64,000 nt of DNA from assembly GCA_046754285.1 (NCBI GenBank), contig JBHHVJ010000005.1, forward strand, positions 26,330 to 90,329, read 5' to 3'. Made by a program: the position numbers and the translations under genes. Of the stretch, positions 50,849-59,800 are shown one piece after another. Source of the stretch: Myxococcota bacterium (GTDB lineage Bacteria; Myxococcota_A; UBA9160; SZUA-336). The notes beneath the pieces are model-generated. The model ran no database searches and was not told the origin of the DNA. It saw only the letters and a program-made list of their open reading frames with translations. Each line of letters opens with the position of its first letter. Position 1 is the stretch's first letter.

Positions 50849-51550
50849 TCATCGGCCCCCATCCCGACCCGCTTGAGGCGGGAGCCAGCCCATGCGGGCG
50901 AAGCTCCGGTAGCCCTCGTGGCCGACCACGATGTGGTCCAGAAGCCGGATGCCGAGGATCTCGCCCGCACGCGCCAGGCGCCGCGTCACCTCGTGGTCCT
51001 CGTGGCTGGGTGACGGATCCCCACTCGGATGGTTGTGAATCGCCACGATCGCCGCGGCCGCCTCCCTCAGCGCGGGCGCGAACACCTCGCGCGGGTGGAC
51101 CAGGCTCTGGTTCAGGCTGCCTCGACTGACCTGTACCTCCCGGATCAGACGGTGCCGGCTGTCGAGCAGCAGTACGAAGAAGAGCTCCTGACGCGCACGT
51201 CGCAGGCGCGCCCCGAAGCAGGCGTGAACCTGCTCCGGGGAGTGGAGCCGCTCGGCGGAGCGCAAGGGGGCCTGGGCGAGCCGCGACCCCAGCTCCAGCG
51301 CGGCACGGAGGCAGGCGACCTTTGCGGGGCCCATGCCCGCCACGGCCTGCAGCTCGGCATCTCCGGCCTCGGCCAGCCCATCGAGCGAGGCGAATCGGTG
51401 CACGAGACGCGCGGCCAGATCCAGCGAGGAGCTTCCCGCGGGGCCCGTCCGGAGCAGAACGGCCAGCAGCTCCACGAGCGCCAGCCCCTCCGCCCCCTCT
51501 CGGCGCAGCCGCTCGCGCGGCCCCTCGCCGCGAAGCGTTTGGAAGGACAA
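50849..51550 (-). CDS. radC: RadC-family JAB-domain protein
   Basis: ELLAVLLRTG HhH region. JAMM motif IVAIHNHPSGDPSPSHED. Confidence 0.88.
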   Translation of the reverse strand: MSFQTLRGEGPRERLRREGAEGLALVELLAVLLRTGPAGSSSLDLAARLVHRFASLDGLAEAGDAELQAVAGMGPAKVACLRAALELGSRLAQAPLRSAERLHSPEQVHACFGARLRRARQELFFVLLLDSRHRLIREVQVSRGSLNQSLVHPREVFAPALREAAAAIVAIHNHPSGDPSPSHEDHEVTRRLARAGEILGIRLLDHIVVGHEGYRSFARMGWLPPQAGRDGGR

Positions 51551-51616
51551 GGAGCTTCCCTTCCGGGGCGAGGGGGGTGGGGCGCTGGGAGTTCTTAGCA
51601 GATCGGCTGCCCGCGT

Positions 51617-52810
51617 TCAGCGAAGACACGCGCGCCGCGCCGCCTCGGCCGCCACGTACGCGGCGTGGAAGATCCTCGCGCTGAGAGCCGGAGCGACCAG
51701 CGAGCGGAGCACGAGCTCCGGCTCCGGCTCACGCCGGGACACCGCGTCCAGCAGCGCCAGGTAGCCCTTGACCTCGAGGGAGCGTTGCAACGCGAGCTCG
51801 AGCTCGAGCGGGCTGCCGGTGCGCAGTGATCGGCCGTCGAGCATCTCGACGCGGCCGCGTGCCCGGTGTCCGAGCTGCCGCATCGCCTCGTACCTGTAGA
51901 GCGTCGCCAGCGTGGCAGCCGTTCGGTAGCGGCGGGCCGTGCCCGCCGCATCGAGCTTCTCGCGGAGCGAGTCTTCGAAGACCAGGGAGCAGCGATCCGG
52001 AGGCCGAGCGCCGGCGACCTCGATGCGCCGCCGGATCTCCTCGGGCGTGGGGGCGAGCTCGCCCTCGGGCACCAGGTCCAGCACCGAGAAGTGTCGCTTG
52101 CGCACGGCGTCGTAGCTCTGTCGCGAGCGCAGCTCGAGCCCAGCGCTCGACGTCGCGACACGCAGCAGGAGATCCTCGCCCACCTGACTCACCTCCACGG
52201 TCCGCACGTGGCCCCCGCTGAAGGCGGGAGGGGTCTCGAGCTTGCTGGCGGTCCGTGTGAGAGTCAGCAGGAAGCCGTTCGAAGCTCGCAGACGACTCAC
52301 GCGGATCTCGGGCTCCTCGGTCGTCACGAGCGTGAGCGTGCTGCGGTTGGCGATGTGCGCGTGGCCCAATGAGACGAGTGCATTCGGAAGAGGGTCCAGT
52401 CGAATGACCAGGCGCGAGTCGCGAAGTCGTGCACCGACGGTCACCTCCTTGGAGGCGTAGCCGTCGGCCGAGACCCGGATCGTCACGTGATCGCGACGCG
52501 TCGTCTGCGCGCGCTGTGGCAGGCGCAGCCGCGCCGGAGCGGTGCCGGTCTCGAAGCGTTTCTGGAAGTTCGCGCGGATGTAGTAGCAACGCAGGAGAGC
52601 CCCGCTGGGGACGGTCTCGACCGTGAGGTAGCGCTCGCCGTACCAGTAGCTCCAGCCCCCCAGCAGCGCCGTGAAGGCGATGAGCAGGTTGGCGGGCGTC
52701 CAGTTCGCCGGCTCCTCGGGAACCAGGTCGATCTCGTCCCGCCGTTCGGTCGCCGGCACGCCGGGGGCCAGCAGCAGGCACACGAGCAGAGCCGCCGTCG
52801 CGCGCATCAT
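51617..52810 (-). CDS. hypothetical secreted/membrane-anchored protein (397 aa)
   Basis: ATG-ATG at 52810 with the signal-like MMRATAALLVCLLLAPG and a second hydrophobic segment (ANLLIAFTALLGGWSYWY). Coding-like composition. No family recognised. Confidence 0.5.
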   Translation of the reverse strand: MMRATAALLVCLLLAPGVPATERRDEIDLVPEEPANWTPANLLIAFTALLGGWSYWYGERYLTVETVPSGALLRCYYIRANFQKRFETGTAPARLRLPQRAQTTRRDHVTIRVSADGYASKEVTVGARLRDSRLVIRLDPLPNALVSLGHAHIANRSTLTLVTTEEPEIRVSRLRASNGFLLTLTRTASKLETPPAFSGGHVRTVEVSQVGEDLLLRVATSSAGLELRSRQSYDAVRKRHFSVLDLVPEGELAPTPEEIRRRIEVAGARPPDRCSLVFEDSLREKLDAAGTARRYRTAATLATLYRYEAMRQLGHRARGRVEMLDGRSLRTGSPLELELALQRSLEVKGYLALLDAVSRREPEPELVLRSLVAPALSARIFHAAYVAAEAARRACLR

Positions 52811-52826
52811 CCCGTCCGCGAGCAGC

Positions 52827-53315
52827 TCAGCGGTCTTCGGCTTCCCAGAGGCCGCTCTTCCCCCCGGACTTCCGCACCAGCCGGACCGCCTCCACGACCA
52901 TGCCACGATCGATCGACTTGCACATGTCGTAGATCGTAAGCGCTGCCGCGGACACCGCCACGAGGGCCTCCATCTCGACGCCGGTTCGCGACGACGCACA
53001 GGCCCACACGGAGATCTCCACCGCCGTGGCGCCTTTCGGCAGGTCGAACTCGACCTCGATCACGTCGAGAGCCAGGGGGTGGCAGAGCGGAATCCACTCC
53101 GAGGTGCGCTTGGCGGCTTGGATCGCCGCGATGCGCGCCACGCCGAGCACGTCTCCCTTCTCCGCACCCCCCTCACGGATGGAGCGCAGCGCAGCGGCCG
53201 ACATGCGCACGCGGCCGCGCGCCACGGCCTCACGGCGCGTGCTCGGCTTGGCCCCGACGTCCACCATCCGTGCGCGCCCCCGCTCGTCCAGATGGCTGGA
53301 GCGGGGAGCGCTCAC
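52827..53315 (-). CDS. moaC: cyclic pyranopterin monophosphate synthase MoaC
   Basis: MVDVGAKPSTRREA...KGDVLGVARIAAIQAAKRTSEWIPLCHPL...GVEMEALVAVSAAALTIYDMCK. Confidence 0.92.
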   Translation of the reverse strand: MSAPRSSHLDERGRARMVDVGAKPSTRREAVARGRVRMSAAALRSIREGGAEKGDVLGVARIAAIQAAKRTSEWIPLCHPLALDVIEVEFDLPKGATAVEISVWACASSRTGVEMEALVAVSAAALTIYDMCKSIDRGMVVEAVRLVRKSGGKSGLWEAEDR

Positions 53316-54169
53316 TGTGCGGGTTCCGTCCCGACGCGCTTCTCGATCCAGGCGTGGATGTCTTCCAGCACCCGCTCCGCCTCCGGCTCGTTCAGGACCT
53401 CGTGGCGCAGCCCGGGATAGCCCCGCAGCTCGCAGAGGGCCGGACCCAACGCCGCGTAGAGCTCACGGCTGCCCTCGATCGAGCAGACACGGTCGTCCTC
53501 GCCGTGAACGATCAGCAGGGGCGTGCGAATTCGCTCCGCCTGCGCACGCACCCGCTCGGCGGCTCGCAGCAGCTCGGTCGCCAGGCGCACGCTGAGGGCG
53601 GTGCTGATCAGCGGGTCCGCGACGTAGGCCTGCACCACAGCCGGATCGCGCGAGAGCCATTCAGGCTCGAAGCCCGCATCGAAGCGCAGGCGCGGAAAGA
53701 TCCTCGCGAGCCCCGCCGCGGCCAGGCGACGCAGGCGACCGACGCTCATGCCGGCCCGCAGGGCCGGACCCGAGAGCACCGCGGCGGCGAGGGGCGGCTC
53801 ACGAAGCGCCAGCAGACCGGAGACGATCAGTCCGCCCATGCTGTGCCCGAGGAGGATCAGCGGAGTGCCCGATGGGTGCGCTCGACGCACGAGCCCCAGT
53901 AGGCGTTCCAGATCGTCGAGAAGCGTGTCGAACGACGGCGCATGGTTGCGCGGTCCCTCACTCTCCCCATGGCCACGATGATCGTAGGCATGCACGGCGT
54001 ATCCGCGTGCGTTGAGCCAGCGGGCCACCCGCTCGTACCTCGCGGAGTGCTCCCCGAGACCGTGTACGATCACGAGAACACGCTGGGCATCTTGAACGGG
54101 CCAGTGGCGCCACAGCAGGCGGAGGCCATCGGCCCCTTCGAGGCGTCCTCGACGCGCCTCGGAGCTCAA
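53312..54169 (-). CDS. alpha/beta hydrolase (lysophospholipase/monoacylglycerol-lipase-like)
   Basis: HGLGEHSARY, nucleophile elbow GHSMGG, and C-terminal GLRHEVLNE. Confidence 0.8.
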   Translation of the reverse strand: MSSEARRGRLEGADGLRLLWRHWPVQDAQRVLVIVHGLGEHSARYERVARWLNARGYAVHAYDHRGHGESEGPRNHAPSFDTLLDDLERLLGLVRRAHPSGTPLILLGHSMGGLIVSGLLALREPPLAAAVLSGPALRAGMSVGRLRRLAAAGLARIFPRLRFDAGFEPEWLSRDPAVVQAYVADPLISTALSVRLATELLRAAERVRAQAERIRTPLLIVHGEDDRVCSIEGSRELYAALGPALCELRGYPGLRHEVLNEPEAERVLEDIHAWIEKRVGTEPAQ

Positions 54170-54750
54170 TGGCTCTCCCGCTCCGACGCGGTCAACGACG
54201 AGAGCTCGAGCCCCGGGAGCATGCTGCGAACGCGGTGCAGGTAGCCGTCCCCACGAATCCGACTGCCCCAGTAGTAGCTGAGGATTCCCGCGTCCTCGCC
54301 GAGCCTGCGAATGTTGTCAGCGAGGATCGTGCAGCCCGCCTCGATGTTGGTCTCGATGAAGAGCGGATTCCCCGGTAGGTCGAGCTGCTCGAACATGTGA
54401 GGCATGACCTGCATCAACCCCAGGGCGCCCTTGGGGCTGCGCGCCTCGGGCCGCAGGTCGCTCTCGGCGACCATCACACGCAGCACGAGCTCAGGCGAGA
54501 GCCCTTGCTCAGCTGAGCAGCGCAGCACTGCGGCCGCGATCCGCTCAGCCGCGTACGACCCGAGGCTCGGGTTCCGCTCGAGCAGGACCGTGGCGATCTC
54601 ATCCCGCGGAGGTGCCGGGGACCGGGGAGCGCCGGACGCTCCACCCTCGACAGCGAGGAGGGCTGAATCGAGACGACTCTCCAGCGAGGAGCCCGACACC
54701 AGCAGGAGGGCCCCAGCGAGTATCGCGCTCCACTCCTTCCTCTTCGACAT
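54166..54750 (-). CDS. lytic transglycosylase (SLT domain)
   Basis: ATG at 54750, signal/anchor segment, catalytic ES (MVAESDL) and GALGLMQVMP motifs. Confidence 0.8.
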   Translation of the reverse strand: MSKRKEWSAILAGALLLVSGSSLESRLDSALLAVEGGASGAPRSPAPPRDEIATVLLERNPSLGSYAAERIAAAVLRCSAEQGLSPELVLRVMVAESDLRPEARSPKGALGLMQVMPHMFEQLDLPGNPLFIETNIEAGCTILADNIRRLGEDAGILSYYWGSRIRGDGYLHRVRSMLPGLELSSLTASERESH

Positions 54751-54855
54751 CGGGACTCCTGGTCGGCGGATGCCCGACCACTCACGCCCCCCGTGCGCGG
54801 AGCCGGACGTCGGCGGACCTCTCGCTCCGCCGACCGGGGGAATCACAGGCACGCA

Positions 54856-54873
54856 GGAGATCGCGCGATCTCC
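54856..54873. repeat. perfect 18-bp palindrome in divergent intergenic region
   Basis: GGAGATCGCGCGATCTCC is identical to its own reverse complement. It lies ~105 nt upstream of the SLT gene start. Confidence 0.6.
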
Positions 54874-55135
54874 CCGTTCCGTGCCACAAGCCTATACGTC
54901 GAGCCAGAGGTGTCAACGAGGAACTTATCGGCATCCGCAGCCGACAGGGTGAGCCGGTCGCGCCCGGCTCCGCCAGCGCGACCGCTCGCGCTCCAGAGCC
55001 CATCGTCCCTGTGCATGGACTCTGGAGGAAGCCTGGTAAGCTCCTAGATTAGACAGTGATTTCAGGATTCGAGAAGGAGGATCTAAGCCGCACCGGCGGC
55101 GCCGCCGATGAGCGGGTCGGGGGGGCAGGAACGAC

Positions 55136-56626
55136 GTGGGCGAAATCGTTCAGCTACGGGTGACCTCTTGGCCGCAGGCCTCCGACGGCGCCGAGGCGCC
55201 AGCACTGCGCGAGTCCCTGCTGCAGTTCAAGGCCGCGGACGGCAGCCACTTCATCGACGCGGTCGAGCTCCCGCGACTGGCCGCGCTCGGGATCGAGTCC
55301 GAGATCGTGCGTCGCATTCCGGTTGCGACGCTCCCCGTGCGCTTTCACCAGGCCAGCCCGGCCGAAGTGGCGGATCCTCCACCGATCGAGGCGCGCACCG
55401 CGGTGCTCGCGCGGCTGCTCTCCGAGGACCGTGCCAGCAGCGAGGTGCACGTGCGCTACCTGGGACGGAACCGATCGGTGCCGCCCGACGGCTTCGTGCA
55501 GGATTGCGCCGGCGGAGGACGGAGCTACGTCTGGCAGGTCATTCCGAGCGAGGCGTTCGTGCGGCGGCCCGAGATTCAGGAGCGTTTCAGCGCGCTGCGA
55601 CGCCACTTCATGAGCCCCGACACGCGCGTTGTGCTTTCGCTCGGCTCGGGAGGGGTCAAGCTCTTCGCCCATGCGACGGCGCTGCGCCTGCTCGAGATGC
55701 TCGACTGCGCTCCGCACATCGACGAGATCTGGGGATCGAGCGCGGGCGCGGTCGTGGGCCTCCTCTACAGCCACGGTCTTTCGCCGCAGGCGATCGAGCA
55801 GAGTGGCTACGATCTCTACTCGGGACGCTTCGATCTCGCGATCCGTCCGACCAAGTTCCAGCTGCTTCGGCATCTGATCCGGGACACGATCATCCCCTCC
55901 GACGGTCCGGACGCTGCCGGCTTCGTCGACTGCGCACAGGGCCTGTCCCGCATGCTCGACCAGTACTGTGCGTCGTTCCGCACGCGACGGCCCTTCTACT
56001 GCATCGCTTTCAACCTTCGCGAGTGCCGGCCGGAGGTGCTCACGCCAGTCGAGGTGCCGGAGCATCTCGCGGATCTGCTCGTCCACACCGATGCGCGGGA
56101 GGCCGCGCTCGCCTCCTCGACGGTTCCCTTGCTCTTCGTGCCCCGCACGATCGAGCGCGACGGCGAGAAGACTCCCTACGTCGATGGCTCGACCACCGAG
56201 GACGTACCCCTGTACTCACCCGTGCTCAAGTGGGACCGAGATCGAGCGGCCGGGGCCGAAAGCCGGAGGCGGCTGCTGATTCTGTACGTCAAGCTCACGG
56301 GGGGCGTGGCGCAGTACCGCTCGTTCGCCGGACGGATGGGCAAGCTGAGGCTGCTCCAGGCGGTGGCCTCGGCGGGCATGCAGACGATGCACGAGCGCGA
56401 CGTGGCGCTGCTCTCCGCCCGTCCGGACGTCACGCTCCTGCGTCTGCAGTTTCACGACTCTCAGCCGGACTTCTTCGAGACACGCCGGATTCCTGAGTTC
56501 ATCCGCATGGCCAAGGAGAGCTTCCCGCTGCAGCTCGAGGCGATCGAGGAGCGGCTGCGAGCCCGCGACGACGTGGACGAGCCGCCACTCCGGGCAGCGG
56601 GAGGCGGGGGCCTCGTCGACGCCTGA
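55136..56626 (+). CDS. patatin-like phospholipase with ~165-aa N-terminal domain of unknown function
   Basis: Patatin motifs SLGSGGVKLF (oxyanion Gly-rich loop), GSSAG (GxSxG) and YVDGST (catalytic Asp). GTG start at 55136. Confidence 0.8.
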   Translation: MGEIVQLRVTSWPQASDGAEAPALRESLLQFKAADGSHFIDAVELPRLAALGIESEIVRRIPVATLPVRFHQASPAEVADPPPIEARTAVLARLLSEDRASSEVHVRYLGRNRSVPPDGFVQDCAGGGRSYVWQVIPSEAFVRRPEIQERFSALRRHFMSPDTRVVLSLGSGGVKLFAHATALRLLEMLDCAPHIDEIWGSSAGAVVGLLYSHGLSPQAIEQSGYDLYSGRFDLAIRPTKFQLLRHLIRDTIIPSDGPDAAGFVDCAQGLSRMLDQYCASFRTRRPFYCIAFNLRECRPEVLTPVEVPEHLADLLVHTDAREAALASSTVPLLFVPRTIERDGEKTPYVDGSTTEDVPLYSPVLKWDRDRAAGAESRRRLLILYVKLTGGVAQYRSFAGRMGKLRLLQAVASAGMQTMHERDVALLSARPDVTLLRLQFHDSQPDFFETRRIPEFIRMAKESFPLQLEAIEERLRARDDVDEPPLRAAGGGGLVDA

Positions 56627-56668
56627 GACCGACTACTCAAGTCGGCCCGCGTTCCGTACGTTCGAGGC

Positions 56669-57973
56669 ATGGACCTGCGCTCGGGGCTGCCGGGACGCGT
56701 GCGCGAGCTGGTGGCCCACCTGGCCGCCGCGGACGTCCCCGTGTTTCTCGTCGGAGGCGGCGTACGCGATCTGCTCCTCGGACGGCCGATCCGCGACATC
56801 GATCTGGTCGTCGGCCGGCCGCTCGACGCGCTCCAGGCTCTGCTTCCCGAAGCGACACGGATCGACGCTGCGACCCCCGTGCTGCTTCTGCGGGAGGACG
56901 CCCACGCGCCGCGAATCGAGATCACGACGCTGCGGGGTCCGGTCGAATCGCTCGAGGCCGACCTTCGGGAGCGCGACTTCACGCTCAACGCGATCGCGTT
57001 CGATCTACAGCAGGGCCGCTGGATCGATCCGCTGGGCGGTCGCCACGACCTGGAAGCGCGGCGCCTGCGTGCCGCCAACCTCGCGCGCTCGTTTCGCGCG
57101 GACCCCCTGCGCATCCAACGGGGTGTGCGCCTCGGGCTGGAGCTGGATCTGAGCCTGGATCCGCCCACGGGCCACGCCATGGAACATGAGGCCTGGCGCC
57201 TGGCCGGGGTGGCCGGAGAGCGCCGGCGAGACGAGCTCCTCCGGATGCTGGAGCTCGCCTTGCCCTCGCGAGGTCTCGAGCAGCTCCGCGAGCTCGGGGC
57301 TCTGGCAGCTCTGCTCCCCGAGCTGCTCCGCGAGGTCGCCGTGGCCCAGAGCGCACCCCACCGCGAGGATGTGTATGCGCACACGCTCCGCGTGTGCGAC
57401 CTGCTCCGGCCCGCTCCCCGCCTGCGGCTCGCGGCCCTGCTGCACGACGCCGGCAAGCCCGAGACCAAGCGACGGCGAGCAGACGGTCGTTTCTCATTCC
57501 ATCGACACGAGCAGCGTGGCGTTCGACACGTGGAGCGCTGCGCCAACCGGCTGCGCCTGTCGCGACGGGACCGGAGCCGAATCGCCGCACTCGTGCGCCA
57601 CCATCTCCTGTTTCCGGAGCGGCTCGAAAGCGAGAAGGCGCTGCGCAGGATGCTGCACCGCGTGGGGCGCGATATCCTGCCCGAGCTCCTCGAGCTGCGC
57701 CGCGCGGATCTGGCCGCACGCGATCCCGACGGACGTCCGCCCCCGGAGTGGTCCGAAGTCGAGAGGCGCATCCGGGCACTCGATGCCGATGAGCCTGCCG
57801 AGCCGAAGCTGGCCATCGGGGGAAAGGAGATCATGCACGAGCTCGGGATCGGGGAAGGACCCGAGGTGGGACGCTGGCTGCGGCGTTTGCGACGGCGCGT
57901 GCTCGAGCACCCCCACGAGAACCAACGCGAGCGCCTGCGGGCATGGCTCCGTGAGGGGCGGAGGGAGGACTGA
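56669..57973 (+). CDS. cca: CCA-adding tRNA nucleotidyltransferase / poly(A) polymerase family with HD domain
   Basis: FLVGGGVRDLLLGRPIRDIDLVV, RDFTLNAIAF, and HD region LLHDAGKPET. Confidence 0.85.
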   Translation: MDLRSGLPGRVRELVAHLAAADVPVFLVGGGVRDLLLGRPIRDIDLVVGRPLDALQALLPEATRIDAATPVLLLREDAHAPRIEITTLRGPVESLEADLRERDFTLNAIAFDLQQGRWIDPLGGRHDLEARRLRAANLARSFRADPLRIQRGVRLGLELDLSLDPPTGHAMEHEAWRLAGVAGERRRDELLRMLELALPSRGLEQLRELGALAALLPELLREVAVAQSAPHREDVYAHTLRVCDLLRPAPRLRLAALLHDAGKPETKRRRADGRFSFHRHEQRGVRHVERCANRLRLSRRDRSRIAALVRHHLLFPERLESEKALRRMLHRVGRDILPELLELRRADLAARDPDGRPPPEWSEVERRIRALDADEPAEPKLAIGGKEIMHELGIGEGPEVGRWLRRLRRRVLEHPHENQRERLRAWLREGRRED

Positions 57974-57975
57974 GG

Positions 57976-58755
57976 ATGTACCCCGAGCTCTTTCGCATCG
58001 GCGATTTCTCGGTCTCGACGTTCGGCGTGATGATGGCCATCGCGTTTCTGGTCGGCGGCGAGCTGGCGGCACGCTCCTTCGAACGCGCGGGCGAGCGACG
58101 CGAGATCGCCTGGCAGCTCGTCACCTGGTGCGCGATCGGGGGAATCCTGGGCGCGAAGCTCTGGTACGTGGTCGAGCAGGCCGCGCGAAACTCGGGTGTG
58201 CCCTGGACGGAGTTCCTGCTCTCCCGCAGCGGCCTGACGTGGTATGGAGGCTTCGCCGGCGGGACGATCGCGGGCCTGCTCGGTGGAAGACACTACGGGG
58301 TCCGACTCTCCAGGCTGGTCGATCTCGCCGCACCCACGCTGGCGGCCGGACAGGCGATCGGCCGCATCGGCTGCCTGCTCGTCGGGGACGACTACGGGCG
58401 ACCCAGCGATCTGCCCTGGGCCATCTCCTTTCCGAACGGGCTCCCGCCCACGATCGACGAGGCGGGGCACGTCTTCTCCGTGCACCCCACGATGGTCTAC
58501 GAGACGCTCTGGCTGGGGGCCGCCACCCTCTGGCTGTGGCGAAGACGCGGGCGCTCACCCTTCCTCTTCGGGGAGTACCTCTTCCTGGCTGGCACGGGTC
58601 GCCTTTGGATCGAGCTGCTTCGTACCAACCCGCCCGCGCTCGGCCCACTCACCAACGCTCAGCTCGTCGCCTCGCTCTGCCTGGCGATCGGGTTGGCCGA
58701 ATGGCTGCGGCGCCGCGTGCAGCGGCCCGGCGTCAGCCCCGGGGCAGCTGCATGA
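57976..58755 (+). CDS. lgt: prolipoprotein diacylglyceryl transferase
   Basis: GLTWYGGFAGG, GQAIGRIGCLLVGDDYGRPSDLPWAISFP and HPTMVYE. Confidence 0.9.
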   Translation: MYPELFRIGDFSVSTFGVMMAIAFLVGGELAARSFERAGERREIAWQLVTWCAIGGILGAKLWYVVEQAARNSGVPWTEFLLSRSGLTWYGGFAGGTIAGLLGGRHYGVRLSRLVDLAAPTLAAGQAIGRIGCLLVGDDYGRPSDLPWAISFPNGLPPTIDEAGHVFSVHPTMVYETLWLGAATLWLWRRRGRSPFLFGEYLFLAGTGRLWIELLRTNPPALGPLTNAQLVASLCLAIGLAEWLRRRVQRPGVSPGAAA

Positions 58756-59659
58756 GCGTCTCGGCGAGGTCGAGCGCGCGACGGCCGAGCCGCGGGTCGA
58801 CGCTCTCGCTCGTCGCACCGATCGACTCCAGGACCTTACGCGCCCGCTCCCGCCACTCGGGATAGCCGCCCGCGCCGTCTCTGATCCAGCGCTCGAGACC
58901 CTCGAGCGCGGCCTGAACGTCTCCCGCGTAGTAGCGCGCCATCCCCCCCGCGTAGCTGCACGTGCTCCGCGCCGCGGCGTCGGTGTCCTCCCCGTCGGCG
59001 AGCACGGCCTCGGCCTCCGCGAAGTGGCCGTTGTCGAGCAGGCTGCGCACGGCCAGCATCCGCCCGCTACGCGCGCTCCCGTAGACGTGATCGAGCAGCT
59101 CCTCGAGGGGCATCCCGAACACCGCCTGCACACGGGCGGGGTCCTCGGTCAGGCTACGCGCGACAGCACCGCTGGGTGGCATCTGCCGGAGCACGATCAG
59201 AAGCTGGTCGCGCGTCTCGCGAAAGAGGTTGGCCAGCTCGGTCTCGGACTCGAACATGCGCCGGCGACCCGCCTCGAAGAGCCGACGAAAGGCCTCGGCA
59301 AGCGCGCTCGACGCGGAGCCCTCGGACGCCATGCGCTTGAGGCGAGGCTGGTACGTGGTGGTCAGGTAGAAGCTCTCACGGAACTTCATCGCCTCGTGGA
59401 AGAGCGCCGCGACGGCCAGATCGAGAAGCTCCTCCGCCTCGAGCTGGCTCGAGTCCTCGGCCCCGTTTCGTCGGAAGAGCGCGTGGCACTCCTCCTTGAG
59501 CCGATACAGGGTACTCTCCTCGGACTCCCCGACCAGCCGTTCGATCCAGGCAAAGTCCAGGTCCCCCGCCGGAAGTCGATCCCGGATGCGGGCCGAGAGC
59601 ACGAAGGCATCCTGGAAGTCCCGCACGATCTGAGCCACCCGCCGCTCCCGCAGATTCAA
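58733..59659 (-). CDS. hypothetical protein (308 aa)
   Basis: Uninterrupted ORF with coding-like composition, convergent with lgt (23-nt overlap). TPR-like C-terminal segment. No family recognised. Confidence 0.5.
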   Translation of the reverse strand: MNLRERRVAQIVRDFQDAFVLSARIRDRLPAGDLDFAWIERLVGESEESTLYRLKEECHALFRRNGAEDSSQLEAEELLDLAVAALFHEAMKFRESFYLTTTYQPRLKRMASEGSASSALAEAFRRLFEAGRRRMFESETELANLFRETRDQLLIVLRQMPPSGAVARSLTEDPARVQAVFGMPLEELLDHVYGSARSGRMLAVRSLLDNGHFAEAEAVLADGEDTDAAARSTCSYAGGMARYYAGDVQAALEGLERWIRDGAGGYPEWRERARKVLESIGATSESVDPRLGRRALDLAETLMQLPRG

Positions 59660-59800
59660 CGACCCCCTCCCGTTTTGCGGAGGCCCGGCCCCACCCTAGA
59701 ATGCTGCGCGCATGGCGCGGACCCCCTCTTCCCTCACGATACCAGATCGGCGCCCCACGGGTGGGCGGGTCGGCTGATGTCTCCCCAGCGTGGCGGAGCC

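Noticed and set aside
55056-55163. Possible 35-aa upstream ORF (GTG 55056 to TGA 55163) overlapping the patatin start
   Set aside because: The strong GAAGGAGG lies inside the ORF rather than upstream of it. There is no support beyond being open, which is too speculative.
56461-58485. 674-aa ORF on the minus strand
   Set aside because: It is antisense to the well-supported cca and lgt genes. The product is Arg/Ser/Pro/Ala-rich low-complexity sequence with no motifs. This is the typical long stop-free antisense frame of high-GC DNA.
58244-59800. 519-aa upstream extension of the MFS transporter ORF (942-aa ORF)
   Set aside because: The extension overlaps lgt and the convergent 308-aa gene and is low-complexity. 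The transporter sequence proper begins at MARAILF (59801).
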